Assembly (NCBI GenBank): GCA_014727915.1
Contig: WJMO01000005.1
Coordinates: 1-64,000, forward strand
From: Candidatus Altiarchaeales archaeon
Lineage (GTDB): Archaea; Altiarchaeota; Altiarchaeia; IMC4; SCGC-AAA252-I15
Length of the DNA stretch: 64,000 nt
Reading direction: 5' to 3'
The notes beneath the pieces were generated by a model that worked only from the letters and a program-made list of their open reading frames with translations, was not told where the DNA came from and ran no database searches. A program made the position numbers and the translations under genes. Shown piece after piece: positions 19,033-28,626 of the stretch. How positions within the stretch are numbered: position 1 is the first letter of the stretch; each line of letters begins with the position of its first letter.

Positions 19033-19950
19033 TTACGGTGGCGTGTGGTCGAACGCTACTAGCTGTCTGAAGTCGTCGTATCTTTTCTGTATGTCCTCTT
19101 GTGTTTTGTCTTTGACTCCGTTGGTGCTGAAGCCTTCGCAGACGTAGCTCGCTATCACGGACCCGCAGACGATGCTCTTCTTGATGTCCTCCGTTTTGAA
19201 GCTGCCGTGCTTGGCCAGGTGGCCGATGGTGCCTCCCGCGAAGCTGTCCCCCGCTCCCGTTGGGTCAACCACGTTTGGTATTGGGTATCCTGGCGCCGCG
19301 AAGAAGTCGTCCTGGTGGAAGAACAACGCCCCGTGCTCACCCTTCTTGATTATGACCTTGCTGTCCCCGATGTCGGAGAGCATCCTCCCCGCCTTTATCA
19401 GGTTCGGGGTTCCACAGTACTCCCTGGCCTCCCCGTCATTGATTATTATCCCCTCCACCCTCTCGAACACCTGGGTGAGTTCGTCCTTCTTGGACTCGAT
19501 CCAGTAGTTCATGGTGTCGCAGAGGCTCACCTCCGCCTTAACCTCATCCAACACCTCAAGCTGGAGTGTGGGGTCGATGTTGGCAAGGAACAGGTACTTG
19601 CACCCCTGATAGTCTTTGGGGACCTTCGGCTTGAAGGCCGCGAGAACGTTCAAGTCCGTCTTCAAGGTTTCGGCCGCGTTCATGTCATGCTCGTAACGCC
19701 CCTCCCAGTGGAACGTCTTACCCTCCGCCCTCTCAACGCCGGATGTGTCCACGCCTTTTCCCTGCAGGAATTTCAAGTGTTCCTCTGGGAAGTCCTCCCC
19801 GATGACACTGACGATCCCGGATTTCGTGAAAAAAGACGCTGCCAGGCTGAAATAGGTCCCGCTGCCCCCCAAGGCGTTCTCCACCCTCCCAAACGGTGTT
19901 TCAACAGTGTCCAAAGCGACGGTGCCCAGTGACACAAGCGGCAAGGCCAT
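19033..19950 (-). CDS. PfkB family sugar/nucleoside kinase
   Basis: GGS, DTMNYWI, DPTGAGDSFAGG signature. Confidence 0.92.
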   Translation of the reverse strand: MALPLVSLGTVALDTVETPFGRVENALGGSGTYFSLAASFFTKSGIVSVIGEDFPEEHLKFLQGKGVDTSGVERAEGKTFHWEGRYEHDMNAAETLKTDLNVLAAFKPKVPKDYQGCKYLFLANIDPTLQLEVLDEVKAEVSLCDTMNYWIESKKDELTQVFERVEGIIINDGEAREYCGTPNLIKAGRMLSDIGDSKVIIKKGEHGALFFHQDDFFAAPGYPIPNVVDPTGAGDSFAGGTIGHLAKHGSFKTEDIKKSIVCGSVIASYVCEGFSTNGVKDKTQEDIQKRYDDFRQLVAFDHTPP

Positions 19951-20008
19951 GAAGAATATTAGTATCCTCCTCCTTTTTATAGGGTTGTTTCCTAGTTAGT
20001 TAGGCTAA

Positions 20009-20107
20009 CCCCCCGGTACGCCCCCATATGGTGGGCGGCGGAGTGTTCCGCTAGGGGTGTTCTTAACTTGTGAACCGATGAAGTGAGTTTATGAGGTGAA
20101 GTAGAAA
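20009..20107 (+). promoter_or_regulatory. Structured 5' leader of rpl7ae
   Basis: Hairpins GCCCCCATATGGTGGGC and GCGGAGTGTTCCGC closed by CCCC/GGGG; TGA..GATGA motif; SD GAGGTGA. Confidence 0.4.
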
Positions 20108-20467
20108 ATGGGTTACGTGAAATTCGAGGTACCGGCCGACCTCCAGGAGAAGGCATTAGCAGCGTTGGAGAAGGCCAGGGACAGTGGGAAGACGAAGAAG
20201 GGCACTAACGAAGTGACGAAGGCCGTGGAGCGCGGCAACGCGAAGCTCGTGTTGGTCGGCGGGGACGTCGAGCCGCCCGAGATCGTGATGCACCTGCCGA
20301 TGCTCTGCGAAGAGAAGAAGATCGCATACCTTTACGTGCCGAAGGCCGAGATAGGCGAGGCAGTGGGCATACACGTGTCGACGGCTGCCGCGTGCATCAT
20401 CGAGGAAGGCAAGGCCAAGGACGATGTTGCGGACGTTGTCGAGAAGGTCAAAGAGTTGAAGAAGTAA
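20108..20467 (+). CDS. rpl7ae: 50S ribosomal protein L7Ae (eL8)
   Basis: [26 protein letters not shown]. Confidence 0.97.
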   Translation: MGYVKFEVPADLQEKALAALEKARDSGKTKKGTNEVTKAVERGNAKLVLVGGDVEPPEIVMHLPMLCEEKKIAYLYVPKAEIGEAVGIHVSTAAACIIEEGKAKDDVADVVEKVKELKK

Positions 20468-20468
20468 A

Positions 20469-20660
20469 ATGGTCGACGCGGAAGTTGTCAAGATAATCGG
20501 GCGCACCGGCATCTACGGCGAGGTCATGCAGGTAATGTGCAAGGTCTCCGACGGCGATAACAAGGGCCGGATAATCCGCAGGAACGTGCGCACGCCCGTG
20601 CGAGAAGGCGACATAATCGACTTGACAGAGACTGAAAGGGAGGCTAAGCCCCTGACCTGA
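20469..20660 (+). CDS. rps28e: 30S ribosomal protein S28e
   Basis: IGRTG..GEV.QV, RNV..PVREGDI, TEREA. Confidence 0.95.
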   Translation: MVDAEVVKIIGRTGIYGEVMQVMCKVSDGDNKGRIIRRNVRTPVREGDIIDLTETEREAKPLT

Positions 20661-20662
20661 AG

Positions 20663-21079
20663 ATGGACTGTAGTTTCTGCAGTGACAGGATCCCCAGGGG
20701 GACGGAGTACCTGTACGTCACTAGCAAGGGGAAGATCATGTACTTTTGCAGCAGCAAATGCCTGAAGAACCAGGTAAAGCTCAAGAGGAAGCCCCGGAAG
20801 GTCAAGTGGACCGAGACCTACAGGGAAGAGAAGCAGGGCAGGCTCAAGCTTCTAGGCCAGAAGAAGGAAGAACCCAGGAAGAAGCCAGAGCCTTCAAAGG
20901 AGCCGGAGCAGCCCGTGAAGAAGAAAGAGAAGAAAGCGAAGAAGGCTGCCAAGGAACGGTCAAAGCCCAAGGGCGAAGCGAAGAAGAAGGCTCCAGCGAA
21001 GGAGGAGCCGAAGGAAAAGAAGGGCGACAAGAAGGGAGGATCTAAGAAGAAGGTCAAGAAGAAGGCTGCCAAGAAATGA
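20663..21079 (+). CDS. rpl24e: 50S ribosomal protein L24e with Lys-rich tail
   Basis: CSFC...FCSSKC, KPRKVKWT. Confidence 0.95.
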   Translation: MDCSFCSDRIPRGTEYLYVTSKGKIMYFCSSKCLKNQVKLKRKPRKVKWTETYREEKQGRLKLLGQKKEEPRKKPEPSKEPEQPVKKKEKKAKKAAKERSKPKGEAKKKAPAKEEPKEKKGDKKGGSKKKVKKKAAKK

Positions 21080-21513
21080 AGACTCTCATAATCATAAGGC
21101 CTGACGCCGTTATCAGGGGTCTCGTCGGGGAGATAATAACCCGTTTCGAGAAGCATGGCATACGGATCGCGGGCCTTAAGATCATGCACTTGGCCAGGAA
21201 GCAGGCCGAAGAGCTTTACAAGCAGCATAAGGGCCAGCCCTTCTACGACCGCCTGATACAGAACATGACCGCCAACCCGTCGGTGTTCGTGGTCTTGGAC
21301 ACGGACGTCCTCGACCGTGAGAGCGCCATAGCCTTGGTGCGGAAGATCATAGGGGACACAGACCCTGCGAAGGCGGAGATGGGGACCATAAGGGGCGATT
21401 TCGGGTTGAGGATCGACCAGAACATAATACACGCATCCGACAGCAGGGAATCTGCTGAACGGGAGATACCGCTCTTCTTCAAGAAAGAGGAGCTTCAAAC
21501 GTACAAGGAATAA
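21076..21513 (+). CDS. ndk: Nucleoside diphosphate kinase
   Basis: GEII.RFE, GTIRGDFG, NIIHASDS. Confidence 0.95.
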   Translation: MKTLIIIRPDAVIRGLVGEIITRFEKHGIRIAGLKIMHLARKQAEELYKQHKGQPFYDRLIQNMTANPSVFVVLDTDVLDRESAIALVRKIIGDTDPAKAEMGTIRGDFGLRIDQNIIHASDSRESAEREIPLFFKKEELQTYKE

Positions 21514-21514
21514 A

Positions 21515-21928
21515 ATGGCAACAGTATATGATGTCCCAGCCGATGAGCTGATAAGGGAGACGGCAGCAGACCTGAAGGAGAACGTCAAGCTTGAGAGGCC
21601 TGAATGGGCTCTCTTTGTGAAGACGGGAACCAATAAGGGGCGCAAGCCGGACAGCATGGACTGGTGGTGGACGCGTGCTGCCTCGCTTCTAAGGCGGATA
21701 TACGTCCAAGGTCCTGTTGGAGTCCAGCGCCTTAGGTCATACTATGGGGGGAAGAAGAACAGGGGCCGGAAGAAGGGGGAGTTCCGCAGGTCAAGCGGCA
21801 AGGTTCTCAGGTCCATACTGAAGCAGCTTGACGAGGCCGGCCTCACGGAATCCGGGGCCAAGGGCAGGAAGATAACCTCTAAAGGCCAGTCTTACCTGGA
21901 CAAAATTTCCTCTAAAATATCCCAGTAA
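21515..21928 (+). CDS. rps19e: 30S ribosomal protein S19e
   Basis: TVYDVP, PEWALFVKTG, RAASLLR, GPVGV. Confidence 0.96.
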   Translation: MATVYDVPADELIRETAADLKENVKLERPEWALFVKTGTNKGRKPDSMDWWWTRAASLLRRIYVQGPVGVQRLRSYYGGKKNRGRKKGEFRRSSGKVLRSILKQLDEAGLTESGAKGRKITSKGQSYLDKISSKISQ

Positions 21929-21930
21929 AG

Positions 21931-22263
21931 ATGTCTGAACTGGATGAGCTTCGGCAGAAGAAGCTGCGCGAGCTCCAGATGGCCCAGCAGCAGAGGGGGC
22001 AGCAGCAGGCGGAGAACCAGCTGAGGGAGGAGGAGATAGAAAGGCAGATATCCATCATCATGAGGCAGATAATGTCCAGTGAAGCCCGTGAGCGCCTGTC
22101 CAACATAAAGTTAGCCAGGCCCGACTTCGCCCGCCAAGTGGAGATACTCCTGATACAGCTTTACCAGTCCGGGAGGCTGCGGTCTCTAAACGACGAGCAG
22201 TTAAAGGCGTTGCTAACCAAGCTGAGCTCCACCAAGAGAAAGACTAACATAACCTTCAAATAG
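21931..22263 (+). CDS. PDCD5-related DNA-binding protein
   Basis: ELDELRQKKLREL, EARERL.NIKLARP; usual neighbour of rps19e. Confidence 0.92.
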   Translation: MSELDELRQKKLRELQMAQQQRGQQQAENQLREEEIERQISIIMRQIMSSEARERLSNIKLARPDFARQVEILLIQLYQSGRLRSLNDEQLKALLTKLSSTKRKTNITFK

Positions 22264-22264
22264 G

Positions 22265-23404
22265 CTAAGCTCCGAGGTCCGGGAGGTCGTCGTCTTCTCC
22301 TCCTTCGCTGGAGCCTTCCAGTTCGTAGCCTAGCTCGTTCAGTATGTCGTCGTCCTTTATCTTGACCTCTCCTGACTTCTTCTTCGAGTAGGCTATGGCA
22401 GCCAGTAGTATGCAGACCCCGAGTATTATCAGGGCCCAGTCGCTCTTCTTGAACGGGCCTATGGTGTCCTTTTCAGCCTCCAGTATCTGCTGTTGCAGCT
22501 GTGTGACCGTTAGGCTGGCCTGGTTGAACTTGGACCTGAAGCTCTCCCTCTCGTCCGTAAGCTGTTCGACCTCCTGTTCCAGCTGGAGGGTCCTCAGCCT
22601 CAGCTCCTTTATCTTCAGCTGCAGGTCCGTTGTGCTGTTCGCTGAGGTGTAGTTCCTGTCGGATGCGAGCCCGAGCCATTCCACTATGTTTATGCCGAAG
22701 TTCTTGTTGTTGTACTGCTCCAGGTTCTCGTTGGATAGTATGTCCGCGTCGCTCAATGTGAAGACCAGCCCTCCCCCGAACTGGGATGCTGCCGCGACGC
22801 AGGGCATGCTTCCCGAGGCGAAGGATCCCGTGTCCGAGTAGGTGTCCGAGTTGCCGGTGACGATGCAGCTGCTCGTGCCTGAGAGGAACAGTCCGGAGCC
22901 CTGGTAGAAGCCTATCTTGCTCACTCCCCTCCTCAATGTGTTGCTGCTGGGGGCGTCAGTGAACCGGTCCAGGACGAAGGTGTTCCTGTCCTTCCCCGGT
23001 ATCTTGTCCGTGTTGTCTATGAGCGTTCCGCCGTCTATGGTGACCCCGAATGGTATGGTCAGCTGGTTCGCCGTCCCGCTGCCCCCTGCTCCGTTGATGA
23101 ACAGCCCCCGTCCCTTCTGCAGCACGAACCATATTATCGACGATATCTCCGTTGTCGACAGTTGCTTGTTGAGGTCTTGGACCACGAGTATGTCGTACGC
23201 TTCCAGCTTCTCCTTGGTCAGGCTTCCCTTCTCTATGGTCGCCACCTCAAAGCCTTTCTTCCGTAGTTCTCCCACGAATTTGCTGTATTCCTTTCCGATG
23301 CTGTACTTGGAATTCCCAACCTCATAGAATAGTATCTTCTTGGCTGATACCATGCCCGTGAGCAGGTATAATACCAGGAAAACCGCGACTGCCTTCTTGT
23401 TCAT
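22265..23404 (-). CDS. GldG/IFT52 (GIFT, DUF4350-like) domain surface protein with coiled coil and C-terminal TM
   Basis: Signal peptide, L..YDILV..EI..I..FV..G.GL pattern, heptad region, TM helix, acidic tail. Confidence 0.7.
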   Translation of the reverse strand: MNKKAVAVFLVLYLLTGMVSAKKILFYEVGNSKYSIGKEYSKFVGELRKKGFEVATIEKGSLTKEKLEAYDILVVQDLNKQLSTTEISSIIWFVLQKGRGLFINGAGGSGTANQLTIPFGVTIDGGTLIDNTDKIPGKDRNTFVLDRFTDAPSSNTLRRGVSKIGFYQGSGLFLSGTSSCIVTGNSDTYSDTGSFASGSMPCVAAASQFGGGLVFTLSDADILSNENLEQYNNKNFGINIVEWLGLASDRNYTSANSTTDLQLKIKELRLRTLQLEQEVEQLTDERESFRSKFNQASLTVTQLQQQILEAEKDTIGPFKKSDWALIILGVCILLAAIAYSKKKSGEVKIKDDDILNELGYELEGSSEGGEDDDLPDLGA

Positions 23405-23438
23405 CTCATTAAATTAGCTCTATAATCTTAAAAATCTA

Positions 23439-24110
23439 TTATCCGGTGTAAAATCCGAATTCTATGGCGTCTCCCGCCTCCAGTATGTAAGCCCGGCCCT
23501 CGGATATCCTTCCGAGGTTGAATATCCTACTGTCTCCGATCTTGTCCTCCGAACCGCCGGACTCGTGGATGTGGGAGCATAGGACGAGATTCGGCTGTTT
23601 TTCCTCTATATACTCTCTCAGGGCGGTGCTTCCCACGTGGGTTCCATCCGATATCTGGTCGCATCTTGTGTCCTTCGGCGGGAAGTGGCTCATCACTATC
23701 ACCTTGGAGCCTTCGTCCACTCCGCTGTGCAGCTGCTCCAATGCCTTTCCTATGTCCTCTTCGCTGTATTCGAAGGGCGTGTTGAACGGTGTCGGGTTGC
23801 TCCCCCCGAATCCTATGATGTCGGCGTCCGGGAGCTTTAAGACCGTGTTGTGCAGGTTCGCGTTCCTCTCCGACAGTATGTCGGTTGTCTCCCGCTGGTC
23901 GCAGTTCCCTGGTATGGCCTTAACGTCATAGTCCGAGAGGGTGTCCAGTATGGCTGTTATGTCTGCCCGGTTCTCCGCAGGGTCCTTGAAGCCCTTGCTG
24001 AAGTCCCCCAGGAGGAAAGCGTATCTTATGTCCTTGTCTGCGATGGAGTTCCTCAACCTGGTGACAGCTTCCAGGTCTCCGTGTATGTCTGCGATGCAAA
24101 CAGCCCTCAT
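23439..24110 (-). CDS. Metallophosphoesterase (Icc-related)
   Basis: DIHG, GD, PGNCD, HFPP, SHIHE. Confidence 0.9.
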   Translation of the reverse strand: MRAVCIADIHGDLEAVTRLRNSIADKDIRYAFLLGDFSKGFKDPAENRADITAILDTLSDYDVKAIPGNCDQRETTDILSERNANLHNTVLKLPDADIIGFGGSNPTPFNTPFEYSEEDIGKALEQLHSGVDEGSKVIVMSHFPPKDTRCDQISDGTHVGSTALREYIEEKQPNLVLCSHIHESGGSEDKIGDSRIFNLGRISEGRAYILEAGDAIEFGFYTG

Positions 24111-24148
24111 GGTATAAACTTAATACCCTGGTATTAAATACATATTCT

Positions 24149-24919
24149 ATGGATTCCGTCACCTTCCTGGGGACTGGGGGCGGCCGCTTTGTGCTGCTGA
24201 CTCAGAGGCGTTTCTCGGGGGGTTTGTGGCTGGAATTGGATGGTGTTCGCTTCATATTGGACCCTGGTCCCGGGGCGCTTGTCCGGGCGTTGCAGTTCGG
24301 CAAGGACCCTGGCCGCCTGGATTGTGTGCTGGCATCCCACAAGCACTTGGACCACTACAATGACGTGGAGGTCATGGTCGAGGCCATGACCCATGGCCTG
24401 AACCGGAGGAAAGGCTTGCTTGCCGTTCACGAGGGTGTTGTCGAGTATATTTCAGATTATCACTGGAATTCTGTGGAGACCATAGTGGTATCGGAGGGCG
24501 GCTCATTTGAAGTCGGGGATGTTCATGTGGATGCCATTCCGACGGTGAACCATGTGGGTGGTGTGGGCTTCAGGTTCGCATGCTCACGGGGCGTTGTAAC
24601 TTATTCAGGTGATACTGGCTACGACAAAAGGGTGGTTAGGCACTACGGGGGTTCGAGGGTTCTGGTGCTTAACACCATATTTGCGTCCGGAACCAGGTCT
24701 CCTACGCATTTGAACACGGATGATGCCGTGGAGATAGCATCCCAGGCCAAACCTGAACTTTTGATAATCAACCACTTCGGGGTGCGGATGCTCAGGGAAG
24801 GCCCTGAAAAGGAGGCGGAGAGGATAACGGAAGAGGCAGGTGTCAGGGTGGTTGCTTCGGCAGATGGCATGACAGTCGACCTGGAGGATTTGAGTATAAT
24901 GGGGCAGGGTGGTATTTAG
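24149..24919 (+). CDS. MBL-fold metallo-hydrolase
   Basis: FLGTGGGR, DPGPG, SHKHLDH, YSGDT, HFG. Confidence 0.9.
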   Translation: MDSVTFLGTGGGRFVLLTQRRFSGGLWLELDGVRFILDPGPGALVRALQFGKDPGRLDCVLASHKHLDHYNDVEVMVEAMTHGLNRRKGLLAVHEGVVEYISDYHWNSVETIVVSEGGSFEVGDVHVDAIPTVNHVGGVGFRFACSRGVVTYSGDTGYDKRVVRHYGGSRVLVLNTIFASGTRSPTHLNTDDAVEIASQAKPELLIINHFGVRMLREGPEKEAERITEEAGVRVVASADGMTVDLEDLSIMGQGGI

Positions 24920-26814
24920 TGGCCTTAAAGGTGTCGAACTTGGCGGGCTGGCTGAAGAGCAGAGAGGACCGCCTCATATACTATTATCTTCTGGCTCTCA
25001 CCATTTTGTTGCTTTTTGGTGTTCGGGGCATGCCATGGGTCAACGACGAACTAGCCTACCTGCTCTCAGTGGACTCCCTGTCCAAGACCGGCTCCCCACT
25101 CGTGGACAATGGCATATCCGATTTTAACGCGCCAGAGCTCGTATTGCATGGCACATTGGTTGTTGACGCCAACGGTAGGCGCATGCTGATGCCCTACCCC
25201 TCCATATTCTATCCCTACTTGGCCTTGCCGTTCTATCTATTGTTCAGCATACCTGGGCTGGTGCTGTTGAACCTGATGTCTTTCATTGCCTCCACATTCC
25301 TCGTCTACCATTTGAGCCTCAGGTTTTTCAACGCTTATGATGTCTCCTTGACTTCCGCAATAGTATATTCAGTACTCACCTACTCAGTGAAGTACTCTCT
25401 CGACATATGGCCTCATAGCCTGTCAGTCCTGGCGGTCCTGCTGTCATCCGCCCTTTTAATCCGGAATGGGGGCGGATCCGTGTTCGCAGCAGGCATGATA
25501 TCCGGTTTGGCAGTGGGGCTGAGATATCCTAATATCATATTCACCCTGGTCCTGGCAGCGTATCTCATACTGTCAAACAGGCCCCGACAGCTTCTTCTCT
25601 TCTCTGCGGGTGCAGCCATCCCACTCTCTATTTTACTGTGGGTCAACAACAGCCTTTATGGCACACCATTAAGGACGGGCTATATAGACTTTGCGGACAC
25701 GGAATACATATGCCAGCTTATGTTCATCCCGTTGGCGATACCTGTGGCCATACTATCTGCACTGGTGGTGAAGCGATACGTGGATGTTCCACTCCTCTAT
25801 CGCAGGCATGGTGGTGATATGAGACGGCTGCTGTTCGCTCTTCTGGTCTTGTCTCTTGTCCTGTTTGGAAACAGAATCATCTACTATCTGGGATTCTTCT
25901 TCTCGCTTGTTGTGGATTTTTCATTCAACCCCTACTATGATGAGTTTATATTCACAAGGGCGATACTCCAGTCTTCTCCCATACTAGTGCTGTCCTTTAT
26001 AGGGATTCACTTGATGATACGTGAGCGGACTAGAAGAGAATCCCTAATATTGCTCGTTTCGATACCTGCTGTGGAGATATTATTCTGTTGCGTTTTAGGG
26101 GTGTTTGGAAGCATGTCCCTTATGCGATACCTGCTGGAGTCGATACCCTACCTCTCGATTCTCTCGGCGTACGCTCTTCACCGGCTCCGTGCATACGTTC
26201 TTTCATGCCCGCAGATTTTCGCCCTTCTCTATGCGCCAGTAATACCCCTCATCATCGAGGCGGTCAACTTTGCAGCCTCCAAAAATCTCATATACTACAC
26301 ATATAAGGTGCCTATGTTACTGTCATTGTCGACTTTGATTGTCTACTATTATGGCATGGGAATCAAGAAGGTTATACTGCCCTATCTTCTCGTCTCCATA
26401 ATAGCCTATTCATTGGTTCTCAACATCACCTTCTTGTCATATAACGTCCTCCACAGGGAATACCTGCTGTCGGAGGCCCATGAGATATCAGAGATTATTC
26501 CTGATGGTTCTCTGGTCCTGCACTCTCGTTACGTGGGCCAGATGATCTATATACCTGCCAAAGTCCATAGGAACCTGGACATAGCCTTCTTGGAGCTGGG
26601 GAACAGGACATCGAACAAGGAGCTTGTGGATCACTACCTCGACAATGGCATTCAAGTTTATGTTGTACCCCCCCATAACAAGTCCGCAAGCTTCATTTAT
26701 GGCATGGTGAAACCCAATGAGGAGCCATATGTGCGGTGGATCCTCTCAGAGTACGAGATCAAAGAGGAAATAACCTTGATAAATGACCGATACCTATTCA
26801 GGATCGGCCGGTGA
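24919..26814 (+). CDS. GT-C fold membrane glycosyltransferase-like protein
   Basis: NDE motif after first TM, many TMs, RYP and MRYLL motifs; GTG start. Confidence 0.7.
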   Translation: MALKVSNLAGWLKSREDRLIYYYLLALTILLLFGVRGMPWVNDELAYLLSVDSLSKTGSPLVDNGISDFNAPELVLHGTLVVDANGRRMLMPYPSIFYPYLALPFYLLFSIPGLVLLNLMSFIASTFLVYHLSLRFFNAYDVSLTSAIVYSVLTYSVKYSLDIWPHSLSVLAVLLSSALLIRNGGGSVFAAGMISGLAVGLRYPNIIFTLVLAAYLILSNRPRQLLLFSAGAAIPLSILLWVNNSLYGTPLRTGYIDFADTEYICQLMFIPLAIPVAILSALVVKRYVDVPLLYRRHGGDMRRLLFALLVLSLVLFGNRIIYYLGFFFSLVVDFSFNPYYDEFIFTRAILQSSPILVLSFIGIHLMIRERTRRESLILLVSIPAVEILFCCVLGVFGSMSLMRYLLESIPYLSILSAYALHRLRAYVLSCPQIFALLYAPVIPLIIEAVNFAASKNLIYYTYKVPMLLSLSTLIVYYYGMGIKKVILPYLLVSIIAYSLVLNITFLSYNVLHREYLLSEAHEISEIIPDGSLVLHSRYVGQMIYIPAKVHRNLDIAFLELGNRTSNKELVDHYLDNGIQVYVVPPHNKSASFIYGMVKPNEEPYVRWILSEYEIKEEITLINDRYLFRIGR

Positions 26815-27694
26815 GTCTGTCCCTGGCTGACACCATGTTCTCCAGCTTCTTGTAAGCTACCTGTGGGTCGAGGTTTCTGAGGCCGCAGTCGGGGCTGAAG
26901 AACAGCCTGCTGGCGTCCATATGCTCCAGGGCCACGTTCATCCTCTCCTCTATCTCCTCGACGGTCTCTGCCCTGTTCAGGTCGCTCCTCACAACGCCAA
27001 CCCCGAGCTTCTGCTTGAACTTCACATCCTTCACGGTCTCCCAGAGTTGTGGGTTGGCTGCGAACTCATGCTCCAAAACCTCGACTTTGAAACCTGCGAG
27101 CTCCTTGAAAATCTCGCTGACGTCTCCGCAGACGTGCAGCATCCTCGGTTTTTTCACCCCTTTGAGAACGGTCTCGGTCAGCTTCCTCCCGTATTCTGGG
27201 TAGTCTACGGAGTAGAACGGCTCGTCAACCTGCACGTAGTCTACTATCCCGTCCAGCTCCTCAGCCTCCTTTGCCAGCCCACGGGCGTAGGAGAAGGCGA
27301 GGTCTTCTATGCTGTCATAGTAGCGGTTCACAGAGGACTTGGCCATCGTATACGGTCCTGTGATGATGCCCTTGACCTCCACACCCTCTGGAACAAGCTC
27401 CCTGACCTTCCTCTGGTCGTCGATTGTTGAAAGCCGAGAGTATTCTATCTCCTTGAGCACGGTTGGCCTGGTCTGTATGACGACGCCACTGAAGTTCCGC
27501 GCGAAGATGTTTATGAAATCCCCGCGTGTCTGCCCGTCGGAGATGATGTCCAAACCTGCGGCAACCTGCTCTTCAACGGCCTTGGACAGCGACTCCCCCA
27601 CTGCATCGGCTTTCGCGCCCTCATGGTAGGCTTTGGCGTATTTGACGCCGTCCAAGCGGATAGGATAGCTTCCGATGACGGTAGTGGGTATCAT
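26798..27694 (-). CDS. Core (single-barrel) methionine synthase, MetE C-terminal/MesA-like
   Basis: TTVIGSYP, SDGQ.R, KGIITGP.T, QVDEP, Zn ligands LHVCG and SPDCGL; only 298 aa. Confidence 0.9.
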   Translation of the reverse strand: MIPTTVIGSYPIRLDGVKYAKAYHEGAKADAVGESLSKAVEEQVAAGLDIISDGQTRGDFINIFARNFSGVVIQTRPTVLKEIEYSRLSTIDDQRKVRELVPEGVEVKGIITGPYTMAKSSVNRYYDSIEDLAFSYARGLAKEAEELDGIVDYVQVDEPFYSVDYPEYGRKLTETVLKGVKKPRMLHVCGDVSEIFKELAGFKVEVLEHEFAANPQLWETVKDVKFKQKLGVGVVRSDLNRAETVEEIEERMNVALEHMDASRLFFSPDCGLRNLDPQVAYKKLENMVSARDRLTGRS

Positions 27695-28626
27695 TCTAGC
27701 TTGAAGTATGGGTGGCTGTCTGAGACCTTTACCCCGAAGTAGTCTGCTGAGCCCTCGGCCACCAGCTTGTCTGCGAATGCGATGGATGGGAAGATACGGC
27801 CGTATGAGCTGATGGGCCCGTAGACGATGAAGTCCCCTGACATCAACGGGACCATGCTGTTGGCTGCCGCGTCGGCGCAGTCATAGGCTTCCTGGTGTTC
27901 CCTCCTGTGCTCTTTCATCCAACTCCAGCTCTCCAGGGTGTTGTGTATGGAGCATCCAACTGGCAGTCCGAACTGGTTCTTGAACACCGGTATGGCCCTG
28001 AGGGTCTCGGCGCTCATGCTACCGAAGGGTGTCGCGCCCGTGTCCAACAGGATGCCTTCCACTCCCGCGTCCCGGGCGAGGTCCAAAAGCCCAGTGTCTT
28101 TGACGCATACCATGCCCGCTCCTGAAGAGAGGATATCAGCTCGTCCGTCAACGCTCATGTCACGTGGGTTGTATCCCAGGACTATCGCTGCTGCGGGGGT
28201 GTGCTTCTCCAACGCCTTAATTTCGTCTTCTGTCACCCCCAGGTTTATGCTGTTGTATACTGTCCTGTCCAAAGCGCCTGCCTTGGCCAGCCACCCCAAT
28301 GCCGCAGCCCTTGTCTCCGCGTCGCTGCTGTCTATGCTGAAGGGCAGGTCCGTGGAGTCGAGCACGAGATTAAGCTCTTTTTCTATGTCCTTAGCGTCCT
28401 TGATGTAAACGTCTATCAAACCCGCTATGCCCGTCTCCCTGCTCAAACTCTCCTGGCCGACCACGTACTCCTTGGCTTTGGTCAGTGTTTTATCGTCGAG
28501 GGTCTTGAACTCCCTCCCATAGAATAATGTGCCGAACAAAACGGTCGGGTTCTCCCCAGGCTGACCCCCGAACCGGACCCCTCCCAACTCTACCACAGCC
28601 TGTTCTCTCATGAACGAGTGCATCAT
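27691..28626 (-). CDS. mtrH: Methyl-tetrahydropterin:corrinoid methyltransferase MtrH-like
   Basis: FGGQPGENPTVLFGTLFY, IDSS, YNSIN, GLPVGCSIHN, DFIVYGPI. Confidence 0.9.
   Translation of the reverse strand: MMHSFMREQAVVELGGVRFGGQPGENPTVLFGTLFYGREFKTLDDKTLTKAKEYVVGQESLSRETGIAGLIDVYIKDAKDIEKELNLVLDSTDLPFSIDSSDAETRAAALGWLAKAGALDRTVYNSINLGVTEDEIKALEKHTPAAAIVLGYNPRDMSVDGRADILSSGAGMVCVKDTGLLDLARDAGVEGILLDTGATPFGSMSAETLRAIPVFKNQFGLPVGCSIHNTLESWSWMKEHRREHQEAYDCADAAANSMVPLMSGDFIVYGPISSYGRIFPSIAFADKLVAEGSADYFGVKVSDSHPYFKLE

Noticed and set aside
19099-21657. Long ORFs 19099-19932 (+) and 20818-21657 (-)
   Set aside because: Antisense to clearly recognisable pfkB, rpl24e, ndk and rps19e genes; expected with GC-rich third codon positions.
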